From NCBI GenBank assembly GCA_905331295.1, contig CAJNYD010000253.1, positions 124,001 through 173,500 on the forward strand: a stretch of 49,500 nt of DNA, in the 5' to 3' direction. The notes under the pieces were generated by a model. It was not told the DNA's origin, did not search any database, and was given only the letters and a program-made list of their open reading frames with translations. Below, in pieces: positions 13,545 through 26,151 of this stretch. Made by a program: the position numbers and the translations under genes. The DNA is from Rotaria socialis (Eukaryota). Within the stretch, counting starts at the first letter, position 1. Each line of letters opens with the position of its first letter.

Positions 13545-16500
13545 TTATTCTGGTCTTTTTGTTTTAAAATCAAGATATTTTCTATAACCATAAATATCAT
13601 TTTCAACGTCTTCCTTTCGAATATTTTTCTTGTAATAAAATACTTCGGCGACTTCACTTGTCAATGGTTCATATTTCGACTGAGCAACTGCTCGAACAAA
13701 ACCATCGACAATATAATAGGCTACAAATTTAAATTCATCATCAAGATCGCCATGAATTATAACATTTTCCGGATCACGAGTATAACCCGCATAACGTATA
13801 TTTGTTTTATTATTTTGTGTTGACCAAAATATAGGTGTTGTATACAAATCACTTTTCAATGAATCATACGTCGCTGCTGTTTGACCATGATAATGATTTA
13901 AGATAGTATTGGCTAGAATACATAGATTTTAATATATATATGCTGTTCTGTTCTTGTGACCTGTGCTAATAGCTATACTACTAATTTCGGAAAGAGGATC
14001 ATGAAAGAAATATTTTCATTACTGATACTAAACACCAGTTATCTCAGCTTGATGTTTTTCACAGACATTGCTATTGGTATGAAAACATGAAGTATTTGAC
14101 CTAAGCGAGTGCATTGATTGTGTCGCTATATAAAAACAAAACTATTCCGCATGTAGGAAAAAGTTAATCGCCGCGATTTGTACTAGAGAATTAGCAACAA
14201 GATCATGTGAACAGCGAATGATGCAGTTTTTCCTATCTATTTTTAGATTATTTAGATATTCTTAAGAATAAATCCTATAAGATTTGCACTGAGAAAAGAA
14301 AACTAAATCGGTTGTACAACCTTAATGTTCCAAACGATAATTACAACAAATATTTCCGGTAGTAATAATATAGACGACGAAATTCCGGATAAATTTGCAA
14401 GTAAACAGAACCGTAGCAGTGGGAAGCTTGTAATTGATTTTCATGACTTCAATAAAAGGAGGTTCAGCCTTTTTTCTTCAAAATTATCCTATAAAAGATA
14501 CTATCCAATCAAAACAATGATTCTGGAAGACATCGTTGGATCGTTTTCTTTTTCATATGTATTGAAAACATCAAAGCATTAATTTTTTAATAAACTCAGA
14601 CCAAGTGGAAATTTTTTTGGACAGTATATCTATCTCAATTTTTTAATTTCCTCTCTAGCTGAACAGTACGAGTTTTAAAAAGTAACTTAATCTATTTTAT
14701 CAGCCAAAACAGGAAATCAACATGTATGTTCCGTCTAGTAAAAAAATTCTTTTTTTTGTAGCTTTTCATTCTAATATTGGAACAAACTACGTCATGATTT
14801 TTTTCAATTATATAATGCCTACCAGCTTGATGACCTGTTGAACAAGCCATCTGCCAATGTTGACAGTTGACATAGTCTAGATTGAATATTGCCAACGGGT
14901 ATTTACTTATATCTCCAACTGCTAACACACGTTCAACTGATGTTCCCAAACGTTCATTAACTTTGATAAAACCATCATTTGTCATTTCGAGGGGAGAATT
15001 TTTATATAACTCAGAACATATTTCACTACCGATTGCAACTATAAGAAGATCACATGGAATTAAATCACCGGTTTCTAATTGTACAAATTTGACACGATTA
15101 TTTTCGCCCTAAAATTTGTCAATATGAGAACATTTGTTGACAAAAGGAAAACTAAAACGAACTGTTAATTTTGCCACATTCGCTTGTGGATAGAATACTG
15201 CGCCATTTTTCTCATGAATTTTCTGTAAAGCTTGACCGATTCGTTGGCCAAAAATACCTGTATAAACGAAGAAATAGTTTTTCTCGATCAGCTCATCTGT
15301 TTTTTCTACATACGAGCCATTGGTATTTTTGAACGCATAACAACTGAAACAGTCTTCTTTTCATTTAAACCTGTTGTTAACCATCCACACAATTCTAATG
15401 CAATAAATGAATCACCAATAATAACGATGTTTTTCGTATCCACTGATTTTACTGTATCTATTTTCAACAAAAATATAGCCTCTGCTTTTGTGAACTACAA
15501 AAACTTACTAGCAAAATAACCAGCATCGTCTAATGATCTTAAATAGAATATATTGCTAAGATTATGACCTGGTAATGTTGTGGGTAATTTTCTCGGCCGT
15601 AAACCAGTCGCTAATACTAAGTAGTCGTATGCTTGAGATTTGACTCTCCTATCTAATGGTTTATATGTTAAGCTTTTGTCAGACCAATTTATGTTTGTTA
15701 CTTCAGTATGAAGTAACAAATCAATATGGGCTTTGCTAAAATAAGTTTCATCACGAAGAACTAAATCTTGAGGATTTTTAGCTGGTTGTTTGGATAATTG
15801 AACCTTAAAAACTCGTCGAACATATTTTTTTATCAAGAATTTGAGAGAGAAAATACTCACACGATCATATGGTAATGTTGCTTCGTTGGAAAATAAAATA
15901 ATGCGGCCACGAAATCCATCTTGACGGAGCATATCGGCACATGTAAATCCACCTGTGAAGATGAAAAATGATTACATTCAGATACGTTTGAAAGCTGATG
16001 AGATTTGTCAAACCCTAACTACTATCATTGCAAAAATCTTTACCTGCTCCTGCTCCGACAATCGCCACTACTGGTTTTGCTTCAATGACAAGATTAGCAG
16101 GTATTTTCGAGCGTTCAAATTTTCCAAGATCTTTAACTTTTGCAACAAAAATAACCTGATTATCGACGATTTCCACATCATATTCTAATAATAGATGAAT
16201 TAAATAAAATACAACAGAAGGACGAAAATAAAATCCTACTTGGTAAATGTCCGTGCCCTGGATGATCTTCAATATCACCAGTATCGACGCGAAAACAGGC
16301 GCCATGTGCAAAACATCGAAGGTGATTATTAATTAACGAGCCTATTTTAGCATTTTTCACCCATCAATACGAAAAAAAAAAATTTTTTTATCCAAACCTT
16401 TTACTAATGGTAATTTATAATGACAACATTTACTTGAATAAGCATAAAATTTATCGTTTTGTCTAATAAGTAAAATACTCGTCGCAACGAGTGCTGTTTT

Positions 16501-16641
16501 TATTTCGAATTCTTTCATTTGTCCATTATGTAAATCGTTAACTGAACATAAATGTTGACGAATTTGTTCATCTTTTGCTACAACTGCATTTCGATCATCA
16601 TCACTTGTAATTGCTGTTAGAATAGATTTGCGACTATTCAT
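13545..16641 (-). CDS. AIFM3: AIFM3-like Rieske [2Fe-2S] plus FAD/NAD(P) oxidoreductase, multi-exon
   Basis: Rieske motifs CCHYKLPL and CFAHGACF, GAGAGG dinucleotide-binding loop, LPYDR..LSK, LVLATG, IIGDSFIALE, AVGDI, HWQMA...G, PIFWS. Confidence 0.88.
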
Positions 16642-19359
16642 CTTATCTGAAACAATCCGGCATCGGTAGAAATATAGAAGAAATCTGTCCTAGACGCAAA
16701 ACACAAAAAATAAAGCACAATTTCGTACTTTGCCATGTTCTATAATCCATATATGAGTAATATCGATAAAAAATTACCTGTACTCTTATACACAAATATT
16801 TTTATGCTCCTCCCATTGTAATCATTATAAGACACTTTTATGGCGAGATTTTTCAAGAACAAGCAGAACATTTTTTTTTCTTCAGCTGTAATCATTACAC
16901 AGTATAGCATAGACATATATGAAGTAAACATCAAACGATAAAGAGTAGCGTTCGCTTTACATTAAGCAGTGGTTGTAGCGCTCTACGTCATCTACATACA
17001 TGACTAAAAAGCGACCATGATAATCAATACGATTGAAAATAGTACAAATCATGACAAATGATATAAACACTCTTTCCGAGACGACATTTGAGTACTTTAC
17101 CTTGATACGAAAACAAAATTCTGGCGGTAAATTCTTTAATATCATTGAATGCAGAGAAAAATTTTAAACTTCAATGTCATATTTTAATTACAATCAACAG
17201 AACACTCTGTGAAATTAATTTTGAAAAAAACAATTTTCTTTCAAGGACATTGCATTTTGCACGTTGATCTAATATTCTCGGTCGTATATAAATAAACGTT
17301 GGTTGTGTCTGAAGGATGTAAAAGCAATGTCTTCGGCGAGTTCTGAAGTAATTATATTTTAGTAGTGAGACGAAATACAATAAAAATGGCGTATTTTAAT
17401 TTTCTTGATATTTTTCCAGCATATCAAATTCATGAGTTTAACTGAGAATTATTGCAATGTCATTCACTTGATTAGAATGATTGTTTTTCCGTATTAAAAA
17501 CTAATAAAAATATCGAACTTTGAAAGTTCTTGAAGAGATAATTCTCCCGTGAAGCAAACCAATGAAATGACATCTCTTCGTCGCGGTAATTTACACACCC
17601 GAGAATCTTGTTGTGCGGAAAGCAAAGATGAACACATTGTTTACGCTCATTATTCACAGTCAACAATAAGAAATTATTTTTCCACATCAAAATAATTTTA
17701 TTCTGTGTACTTCACGGAAATCTATCAGCATGGAATAAAGACACGATTTAGACATAACTCCCTATTTCTAACAATCGATGATGAGACGCACTAACGAAAA
17801 ATCATAACAGACAAGGAAATTTACATTTTACAATTAATATTCTCACAAGTGCTGGTGTAAAATTTCAATAAAGTCACCCGCATGTGCCAACACACTCGAT
17901 TTCAATTCGAGTAATGCTCGCTGTTAACAAGACGACACATCAGCTGTCAATTCTCGAAATGAAAGCTTTTCTGGCACTATAGCTCGGAGTCACATACGGT
18001 ATATATTAATAGAATACTTCAAGAAATAGACTCGGGCGACACAACATCGTGCTCGACGTAGAAATTTATTTTGTATTACCTTTCATTAGCTCATATCGAT
18101 AAGAAAATTATGACAAGATGCATGTGAAAAAGATAGCAATATATTTTCGAGTGTCAATGTAGCTTATCTTCACTGAATGTTACTAAAACAAATCGTCTTC
18201 ACTCTTTCATCTGATCCGATAGTTTTCATCGATGTGTAATAAATAGCTTCTAAAAACAAGAAATCTTAATTTTCTTATTATGCTGCTAACTATCAGCAGA
18301 TGTTTTCTCGCAGATTGACACCTGTTTTGTTGTCATCTTCGTTTAGCGTATGATGATAGCACATGTAGAAAACAACGGTTATAACGGAAACAAATTGAAA
18401 CGAACAAGTGCATTCAAAGATTTTATATAACAATTCATTTCAATAGGCTTTATATCATTAGCTCATCATAATAGAATTCAATCAAAGTGCGTCTAGCTGA
18501 CGTTCATTTAAGCTTTTGTTGACAATACAATAAAGCTAAATGTAAACATTATGTCTTCCATATTGAAATAAGAATCAAAATTTTCCAGATAAAACAAAAA
18601 GCGACTATTCATTCTCGAAGTCTCTAACCGATAACAAAATAATGTTTAATTGAAATTGCACTAGAGATCAGACAAACAAGATAGTCCTTATCAATGGATT
18701 TATCTTAGATTTGTGCACTTGAATATTCATTCTTAAGCTTTTTATACAACGCATTACAAACATAGGAAATGCAGCGTTAATGTGAGAAGTGGCATATCGT
18801 AAACGGCAAGCAGCTGTCCTTCCCCCTCTCTACAATAATAACATGACAATCTCAATTGGCTTGTTGTGTTATTTCGCACATATTTCTTCGTCTAATGTAT
18901 GTATGTATGTATGTATTTCCCTGTTGTGTGATCACTATTTTCCTTCTCCCGCTCATTCTCTCATCGTATCTGTGTTCAATCCAATATGTTTCTCTCTACG
19001 TGTCGCACACACAGGAGAATATCAATGAACGTCTGTTCAATAATATAATATATATATATATAAAAACAAAAATTAGCGAATGACTGATCAATGACCTCGG
19101 TCATATTTCTCTCTCTCTCTCTCTCTCTTTCTTTCTTTCATTATATATTTTCCAAGATCTAGTTCGTCTGCGCAAATCGGACGATTCATTTTACTAAATA
19201 GTTGTTTTTCCTTTTCGTTCTTTATTTAACCGACGAAAAAGAAAAATAATACATGTAAAAGTTCGAAGAGACGAAATCAGTCATTCATTTCAAAACATCA
19301 ATATATAGAAAACACACATACATAAAACAGCATTTTTCTCTACTTTTTTTATTCGAATC

Positions 19360-21043
19360 ATGGATGTTAATTGTTGTCCACGTAATGATTTTTCATTTCC
19401 TATGAAAAATAATACTAAAGAATTTGTTTCAACTTGGCCAACACAGGCATCATCGTCAAACAATGGTTTGAGTCTTGGTTCAACATTATCAAGTAAGTCT
19501 TGGAAGACAAAAAAAAACGAAGCTTATTTTTCGACATCCTCATAATTACTTACGGGAAACGATGTTCTACATTGTTGTTTAGGTGAAAATATCTTCGATC
19601 AAGAACAGAAACCTTTTCAAGATTATATTCTACGTAACACATCGAATATAATGTCTTTCGAACAATCGTGTGTATTACCATTTCAGCAACTTGTTTTAAA
19701 TGATCTTAATCCACGAACTAGTAGTTCATCTATGCTTCCATTTTCATTCAATAATGAACCATTACCATTCGGCTCAAGTCATCAATCGAATATGAATGAT
19801 GAAAATGTTCGACCTCCATGGTTACTTTCAATTGCACCACCACCACCACAACAACAACAACAACAACAACAATCGATGGTTCGCGTACAAGATGATACAA
19901 CAGAAAACATTCGCCATTGGATTGGCGATTTTTCTACGGAACAATCGCATGATGGAAATAGTATTCATCAAATTCCATTACTTTCACAAAAAGTATTTAT
20001 TGGTGGTGTACCACGTTTTGCAACTGAATCTGATATTCATGCGAATTTCGATCGCTTTGGTGTATTTGAAATACAATGGCCAAAATTACACGGCTTACAC
20101 AAGGAGCAACATCGTGAAAATGGATTTTTTCATATTGTTTTTCATAATGCAAAATCTGTCTGTGCCCTGTTAGATTGTTGTTCGCGTCAAACAAACAATA
20201 ATGCATGTGCAGATTATTTTATACATTTTGAAACAGCAACGGGTTCAAGAAAAACCGTTGAAATCATTCCGTGGAATATTGGCGATAATAATTATGCATT
20301 ACGGTATGAAATAATTATTTATTACGATGAAGAGTTTTTACCAAACATTTTTATTTAGACCACCACAACAACTTGACTCGAAAAAAACGATTTTCGTTGG
20401 CAATCTTCACGGTACAATGACGGCTAGATATTTATGGCGTTTAATGGAAGATCTATTTGGTGGTGCCGTCTATGCAGGAGTTGATATTGATAAATATAAA
20501 TATCCGTAAGTCATTGAAAGAAGTATTAATTTCATATTTTCAAATTATTTTATATTCAGAATTGGTAGTGGACGGGTTACATTCGATAATAGTTCAAGTT
20601 TTCTTCATGCGGTATCAACAGCTTTCGGTAAGTTGAGAAAAAAATCTTAATTAAGTCTCACCGGTTCCGATGGACACCAATAATCTTGTTTATTTTGCCC
20701 GGAAATTATCTGATGAGTTTTATTTCGACTGCAATTATGATGGAAATCCTGATTATTTTTAGTCGATGTTCGAACGCCTCGTTTTCTCAAACGTCTTCAA
20801 ATTGAACCTCATTTGCAATATCGATTCTGTTCATTATGTAAGACAGCTGCTGGTGATTTATTTTGTCGAAATTTTGCTTGCTTCGACTATTTTTGTCAAC
20901 GCTGTTGGCAAAAAATCCATATCGGTAGTATGGCAGCTCATAAGGCAGTGACGCGTCATTCCAAGTCGTCACAGCCACTCTTTCATCCATCACTACAAGC
21001 GCAAACCGTCGGTAGTGTTATAGGTACAAATGGATTTCAATAA
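19360..21043 (+). CDS. CPEB1: Cytoplasmic polyadenylation element binding protein, CPEB1/Orb class; 5 exons
   Basis: RRM1 [10 protein letters not shown]...IIPW; RRM2 TIFVGNLHG...[29 protein letters not shown]-box CSLC...[20 protein letters not shown]. Introns at about 19493-19582, 20304-20358, 20506-20559 and 20628-20762. Confidence 0.92.
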
Positions 21044-21699
21044 AATGTTATATACTTACATTTGTGTGCGTGTGTGAATTTATGTTTCATTTTGAATTTA
21101 ATTTTCTAGTCGTCGTCGTACATGTAGATGAATGGCTGTGTGTATGTGTGTTGTCTTATATTTTATTTTTTTACTTTTTTTTCTCACACTCTCTCACATT
21201 TCTCGTATGTGATGTTGTCAAGATCGTTGATAAAAACAGAATTGAGAGTCTTCGGTGTATTCAAACTTACGCTAATTAATTCTAATTCTTTCTTTCTTTT
21301 TATTAGATAATTTCTCAAGCGTATATTAACTGGTGTCTTAGTCATTTTTTTTTCGTTCGTTTATCTTTAATAAGTCAATGAACAACCAAATAATAGAATT
21401 CTTATATGACTTTTATTAAAATATTTCTTTTGTTCCAATACTTTTTTTTGTTTAACTTTCTGTATGTGTTCGAAATGATCTGATTATTATGCTTTATTAT
21501 TTTTTGTTGTTATTGTCTCTTTTTTTTTCTTCTTACCATGTTTGTCAGCTAATAATTGAAAATAATAAACATATGGTGGCAAACAAAAATGATTTTCAAA
21601 TTCATTTCGAGCCTCTACTGATGGAATCATAAAAAAGGCCTATGGGGGTTTGTAGTTTTATAAACTTTAAGAAATTTATTTCCTAAAAAAATACATTCA

Positions 21700-22814
21700 C
21701 TATCTGACAGACATGATTTTACTATCAAGTTCTTCTTCATCCTCATCGTCGTCTTGTATTTCCATCAAAACGTCATCATCATCAACATCATCAGGTCGAA
21801 ATAACGGTGGATTGAGAAAGTCCTGTTCATTATATTTAACTTCATGCAAAAATAGACCATGTGGTTTGAGTGTTGTAGGATATGGACTATCATAGTAATC
21901 AGGTGGACAAGCGAAACGATCGAGAACATCTTGAGTTGTCATTTGTCCTTTAGCAATATGTACTAATGTACCCGTGATGCGTCGAATTAATTTATAAAGA
22001 AATGCTTCAGCCTCAAAAACAAGATTATAAACGCGCATTGACGAATGAAGTGGTGACGATTCCATTAATGGTACCATTGGTTCACCTTCAACAAAACCAA
22101 GACGCATCGTTTTTACAGGACATCGACGTTCTATTGCCATATTTAGTCGGCCTTGAGTATTTGTAAATGCAGAAAAATTATGTTGGCCCTAGTCGTAAAA
22201 ACATAAAATAAAAGGTTAATTTATAATTCTCAACTTTTTACTTGAAAAACTTCAATGCCTTGACGAAATGCGTCGAGATCGTAGGGCGGTTCAATGTACG
22301 TAATAAAATCTTTTTCAAATAGATTGCAAGTTGCCGGTGTCATATCCCGTAAGAGAAAACGTTGTTTTTTTCTTAGAAATGGAATATCCGTATTGACATT
22401 TGTAAATTCATTCTTTTGAAGAAAACCTAATCGGTAAACATATTTACGGCCGAGACAATGACGACGAAAATGAAATTGCGGTGATATAGGATGTATACGT
22501 AGAATGCGGACTTGCTCGTTTTTTTCGGCTAGATACGCATTTAAAGGTTGAACAAGTGTTGTTACATCAATGGGTGCTATCCAGTCGAATGTGCCCGTAT
22601 TATGTAATGCATGTACACCACGATCAGTACGAGATGAAACACCGAAACGAAGCGGATGCTGACTAGATTGAAAATGGTAAAGTGCACGTTCGACAACACC
22701 TTGTACACTGTCAATTTTCGCGCTTGCATTCACTTGGACACCGGCATAAGCTTGACCAGCATAGGAAAAATGCATCATGAAACGTGGAAATTTGACATTC
22801 GATGAGTACGGCAT
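21700..22814 (-). CDS. PUSL1: TruA-family tRNA pseudouridine synthase (PUSL1-like); 2 coding exons
   Basis: FSYAGQAYAGVQ, SSRTDRGVHA catalytic Asp motif, RKYVYR, GQHNFSAF, AFLYKLIRRITG, PHGLFL. Confidence 0.9.
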
Positions 22815-23223
22815 CTGAAAAAGACAAAAGCAAGATCTAGTCTAACTGCAATTCTTCAATTTTCACGAAAGGTCTCACAGCATTCAACTACCGAGCGAAC
22901 ATATCCAACTGATAAATCGCGTTTTAGTCGAGGCCTGTCTTCGTGCGAAGTTTCAGACCAAAAATCCTTTGTCCTCGTGTACTTGAGAATTAGGACCTAC
23001 ATGATGCACATTGTTCCGACTAAAAATGCAATTTATCCGTTGGATATGTTCCCTCGTAAATATTACCGGAGCTTTGTGAAACGGTTTTCGATAATGTGCT
23101 ATCGATGGGATTTTAGAATATATTGTAATTTCCTGAAATACTGATTATTTAGAACGACGGTTGAATTTCTTCAAAAAACAATATCCTGTTTTTATTATCC
23201 TTTTTGTTTTTTTAAATACAACT

Positions 23224-23949
23224 TTAACAAAATTCATGCATATATTCAATAGTAGTCGATCGTTTTTGACCACGTTGTTCTGGACGTACAGCAATAGCTG
23301 CACCTGGTAAAAATACTGTCTGTTGTTTATGTTTAACAGTGATATCTATTGCGAAGAGGCAATCTTTTTTCAATATTGAACATTTTCGATTTTTAGTTTT
23401 ATCAATAATAACAAATATATTCTTCGTTTCTTGAATAACAATGCCTTCTTTTCCTAGTAACGATCGATTTTTTGCTTTGTCCACTCGTATTATACAGCCA
23501 TGATAATCAGCCGTGAGAATACGTTGAAGAATATTTTCATTATTTGTTGCATCTTTTAATAATTCACTTGTATATTGTTTCCATAGATCATTCATGAATA
23601 AATAATTCTTATAATCGGTTTGAAGTTCTGTTTTACGTAGTTGTTGTGCATCATGACGAACTTTTTTTATTGTTTTCGATAGCAATTTATTTCCTTTGCG
23701 CGATAGATGTTTGCGTTTTTGTCGAGAGAATTGATGAATATTTTTCGAATTGGTACCGATAATTTGCTGTTGATGTCGAAGAGATTCAACTAAGGATGAC
23801 TGTTTAGCACTATCAGACTGTACTAGAGTATGAACAAGCGAAGATATGAAATCATTTCGATCTGTTGTTGAACGAGGAGCACTTAGAAAGGGCTCGACAA
23901 GTTTAGGAGCCGATGCATAGATTGTCGCATGTTGATGATGTAAATTCAT
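23224..23949 (-). CDS. POP4: RNase P/MRP subunit p29, intronless
   Basis: MNDLWKQY, ADYHGCII.V, GKEGIVIQETKNIF, RPEQR motifs. Confidence 0.92.
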   Translation of the reverse strand: MNLHHQHATIYASAPKLVEPFLSAPRSTTDRNDFISSLVHTLVQSDSAKQSSLVESLRHQQQIIGTNSKNIHQFSRQKRKHLSRKGNKLLSKTIKKVRHDAQQLRKTELQTDYKNYLFMNDLWKQYTSELLKDATNNENILQRILTADYHGCIIRVDKAKNRSLLGKEGIVIQETKNIFVIIDKTKNRKCSILKKDCLFAIDITVKHKQQTVFLPGAAIAVRPEQRGQKRSTTIEYMHEFC

Positions 23950-24066
23950 ATTTATCTAGAGTATGATTTATCAAATAATTGTACAACTATAAATTAAATA
24001 AATTTATTCATAAAATAATAAATGGAATTACACCAGTAGAAAATATAGAAAAAACAAGGCTTTCAA

Positions 24067-24905
24067 TCATTGCACATTTGAATCTGGACCGATCACTGAT
24101 CTAAACATTTAAAAACAAAAGTATGTATAAAGCAGAGAATTTCAAATGAATTTACTCGATCGTAGCTTGGTCAAACCCATCGCCCATCATTTTATGTCGA
24201 ACAGCATCACGCGGTATACGCTATAAAATAAAATAAAATCATCAAATAAAGTGCATTGAATTCCGCATTTGTTCTATCATACCACAAGCAACATTTTTCG
24301 ATATTTTTCTGTTCGAGGATCTTCGACTTTTTCTGGTTCAGGTGGTGGTGGTGGAGGAGGAGGAGGCGGTGGTGGTCCACCGGTTGATGGTGGCGGAGGA
24401 GGCGGTGGTGGTCCCCCGGTTGATGGTGGCGGAGGTGGAGGTGGTCCGCCAGTCGATTGTGGTGGTGGTGCAGGAGGTGGATTTGAAATAGCTGTTTGTT
24501 GTGGAGTAGACGTCGATGTTGTTGGGGTTACAATATCAGCGAGATCTAGTGCTTGATATCCAGGAGTTGAACGAAGCTAAATATAAGAAATAAAATAAAG
24601 CTGATTGAATTTTCGACTGCACTTTTACTTTAGAATCCAGAATTGCAAAATCAGCATCGATCCGTTGTAAGTTAGTTTCAAGTTTCTGAAATTTATTTTC
24701 AACTTGCGCACTGAAGGTATTAAAAAAGTGAACTGTATTGAGTAAAAATTGATTTATATGTTCAGTTTGACGTCGTTGATTGATCGCCTCGACCTAGATG
24801 TGAAGTTAAATTTCAAAACATAAAATAATCTTTTGTTTTTCTTACTTTTGTATAATCCACTGCAGTGTCGAATATAATTCGCTCTTCATTACTTTCAGAG
24901 TCCAT
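24067..24905 (-). CDS. WASHC3: WASH complex subunit 3 (CCDC53) with polyproline tract; about 5 exons
   Basis: DYTKVEAINQRR...INQFLLNTVHFFNTFS...AILDSKL, then STGGPPPPPPP repeats, then DPRTEKYRKML..RIPRDAVRHKM..DGFD. Confidence 0.85.
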
Positions 24906-25083
24906 CTGAAAATTATCAACATCAGAAAGAAAAAGCGAATAAGAAAATATCCGAGAGAAACAAATTTTTTTATTATTAAGCACGTGTTGAAGAAAATAAT
25001 TTACTTATAGTAGGAATAATATAAAAACCTGTAACAATGCCGGAAACTAAAAGAAAAAATAATGACAAAATTGTTTATTTAGT

Positions 25084-25649
25084 TCAAGTTTTCTTACCAA
25101 AGAAAAGGACACTTTTGTTGGATATAAACGAATATATATTATCAAACAAAGATGTTTGAGATGTTTTAATTAGATTTAAATGTTCAATTATTTCTTGTTC
25201 TTTATCATGCAGTTTAATAATATCATTCCTGAGATTCTCGGCTATTTGAATTAATTGTTCAAGTTCCGTCTGTTGTTCTATCATAATTGCGTAGAGAGCA
25301 TTGTCTTGTTGTTCTTGATAGTAATGATCGACAATTTGCTCTTGGGAATCTTCCTATAATAATCATATTTCAAGTAATTGAAAAAAAAACGCATACGAAG
25401 TTCACAGCCGGCAACATGAAGACGACGAACGACGCAGCGTAAAGAAATATTATCTAATGAGTGCTCTATCTTTCACTTGAATCACAATTACGATCAACAA
25501 TAATAATTAATAGACCTCGATTTTCTCTTATAATAATATTCTAGTGAACTTTTTAGCAGCTATTTAAAATTCAAAGCTAGTGTTTGCAAAAACCACTTTT
25601 GTTTAATTGTTATTTAGAACTGACATACTTGTTGTTTTGGCCGACACAT
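25084..25649 (-). CDS. Small unknown protein (about 129 aa) with one hydrophobic helix and a coiled coil; 4 exons
   Basis: Phase-0 spliced model MCRPKQQ|LLKSSLEYYKEKIE|IIFLYAASFVVFMLPAVNF|EDSQEQIVDHYYQEQQ...GKKT*. All junctions are GT-AG; the start codon is uncertain. Confidence 0.55.
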
Positions 25650-26151
25650 ATTGACCGAGTAACAGCACCTGTTTTATATTTTGCTGTAAAAATCTAAAAG
25701 TATAATATTCGCTTTTGTTGTGTGTCATTTTATACTGATAAAAAAATCCGAATTTGTCATAGCAGCATCACCCCAGAGTAAATAAACTAATTTTTTCTTT
25801 TCTTTTCTTTTCTTTTATTTATTACAAGAACATTAATACGCACAAGCTTTTTTTTTCTCTCTCATGATCATAATAAGTTATTAATACATGACTTTACGGA
25901 AGAAAAAAAAGCTATGCATACATTCAAACTTGGCATCATTATTATTAATATTCATATCCTGATGTAATCCATAAAAGGAAAAACGCAAACAAACAGACGT
26001 CACCGGCAATTTCAAAAAAAAAAGGTTTTCTGCTGAAAAAAGAACAAAACCACTAATTACTCTTTCGTTCGCGATGACAACAGTGAGAAAAGAAAAATGG
26101 TCGAGCCTAAAATATTTATATGTTCGATGAATCGATTCTGTTTTTCATCGT

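Noticed and set aside
20700..20755. C/D snoRNA or ribozyme in the last CPEB intron (ctgatga...ctga)
   Set aside because: Only about 43 nt between the boxes, no convincing terminal stem, and no hammerhead stem II or HDV-like fold.
24269..24556. Gly-rich plus-strand ORF
   Set aside because: Antisense shadow of the WASHC3 polyproline exon.
25755..25780. In-frame TGA before CC as a possible selenocysteine codon
   Set aside because: No upstream start codon and no identifiable SECIS element.
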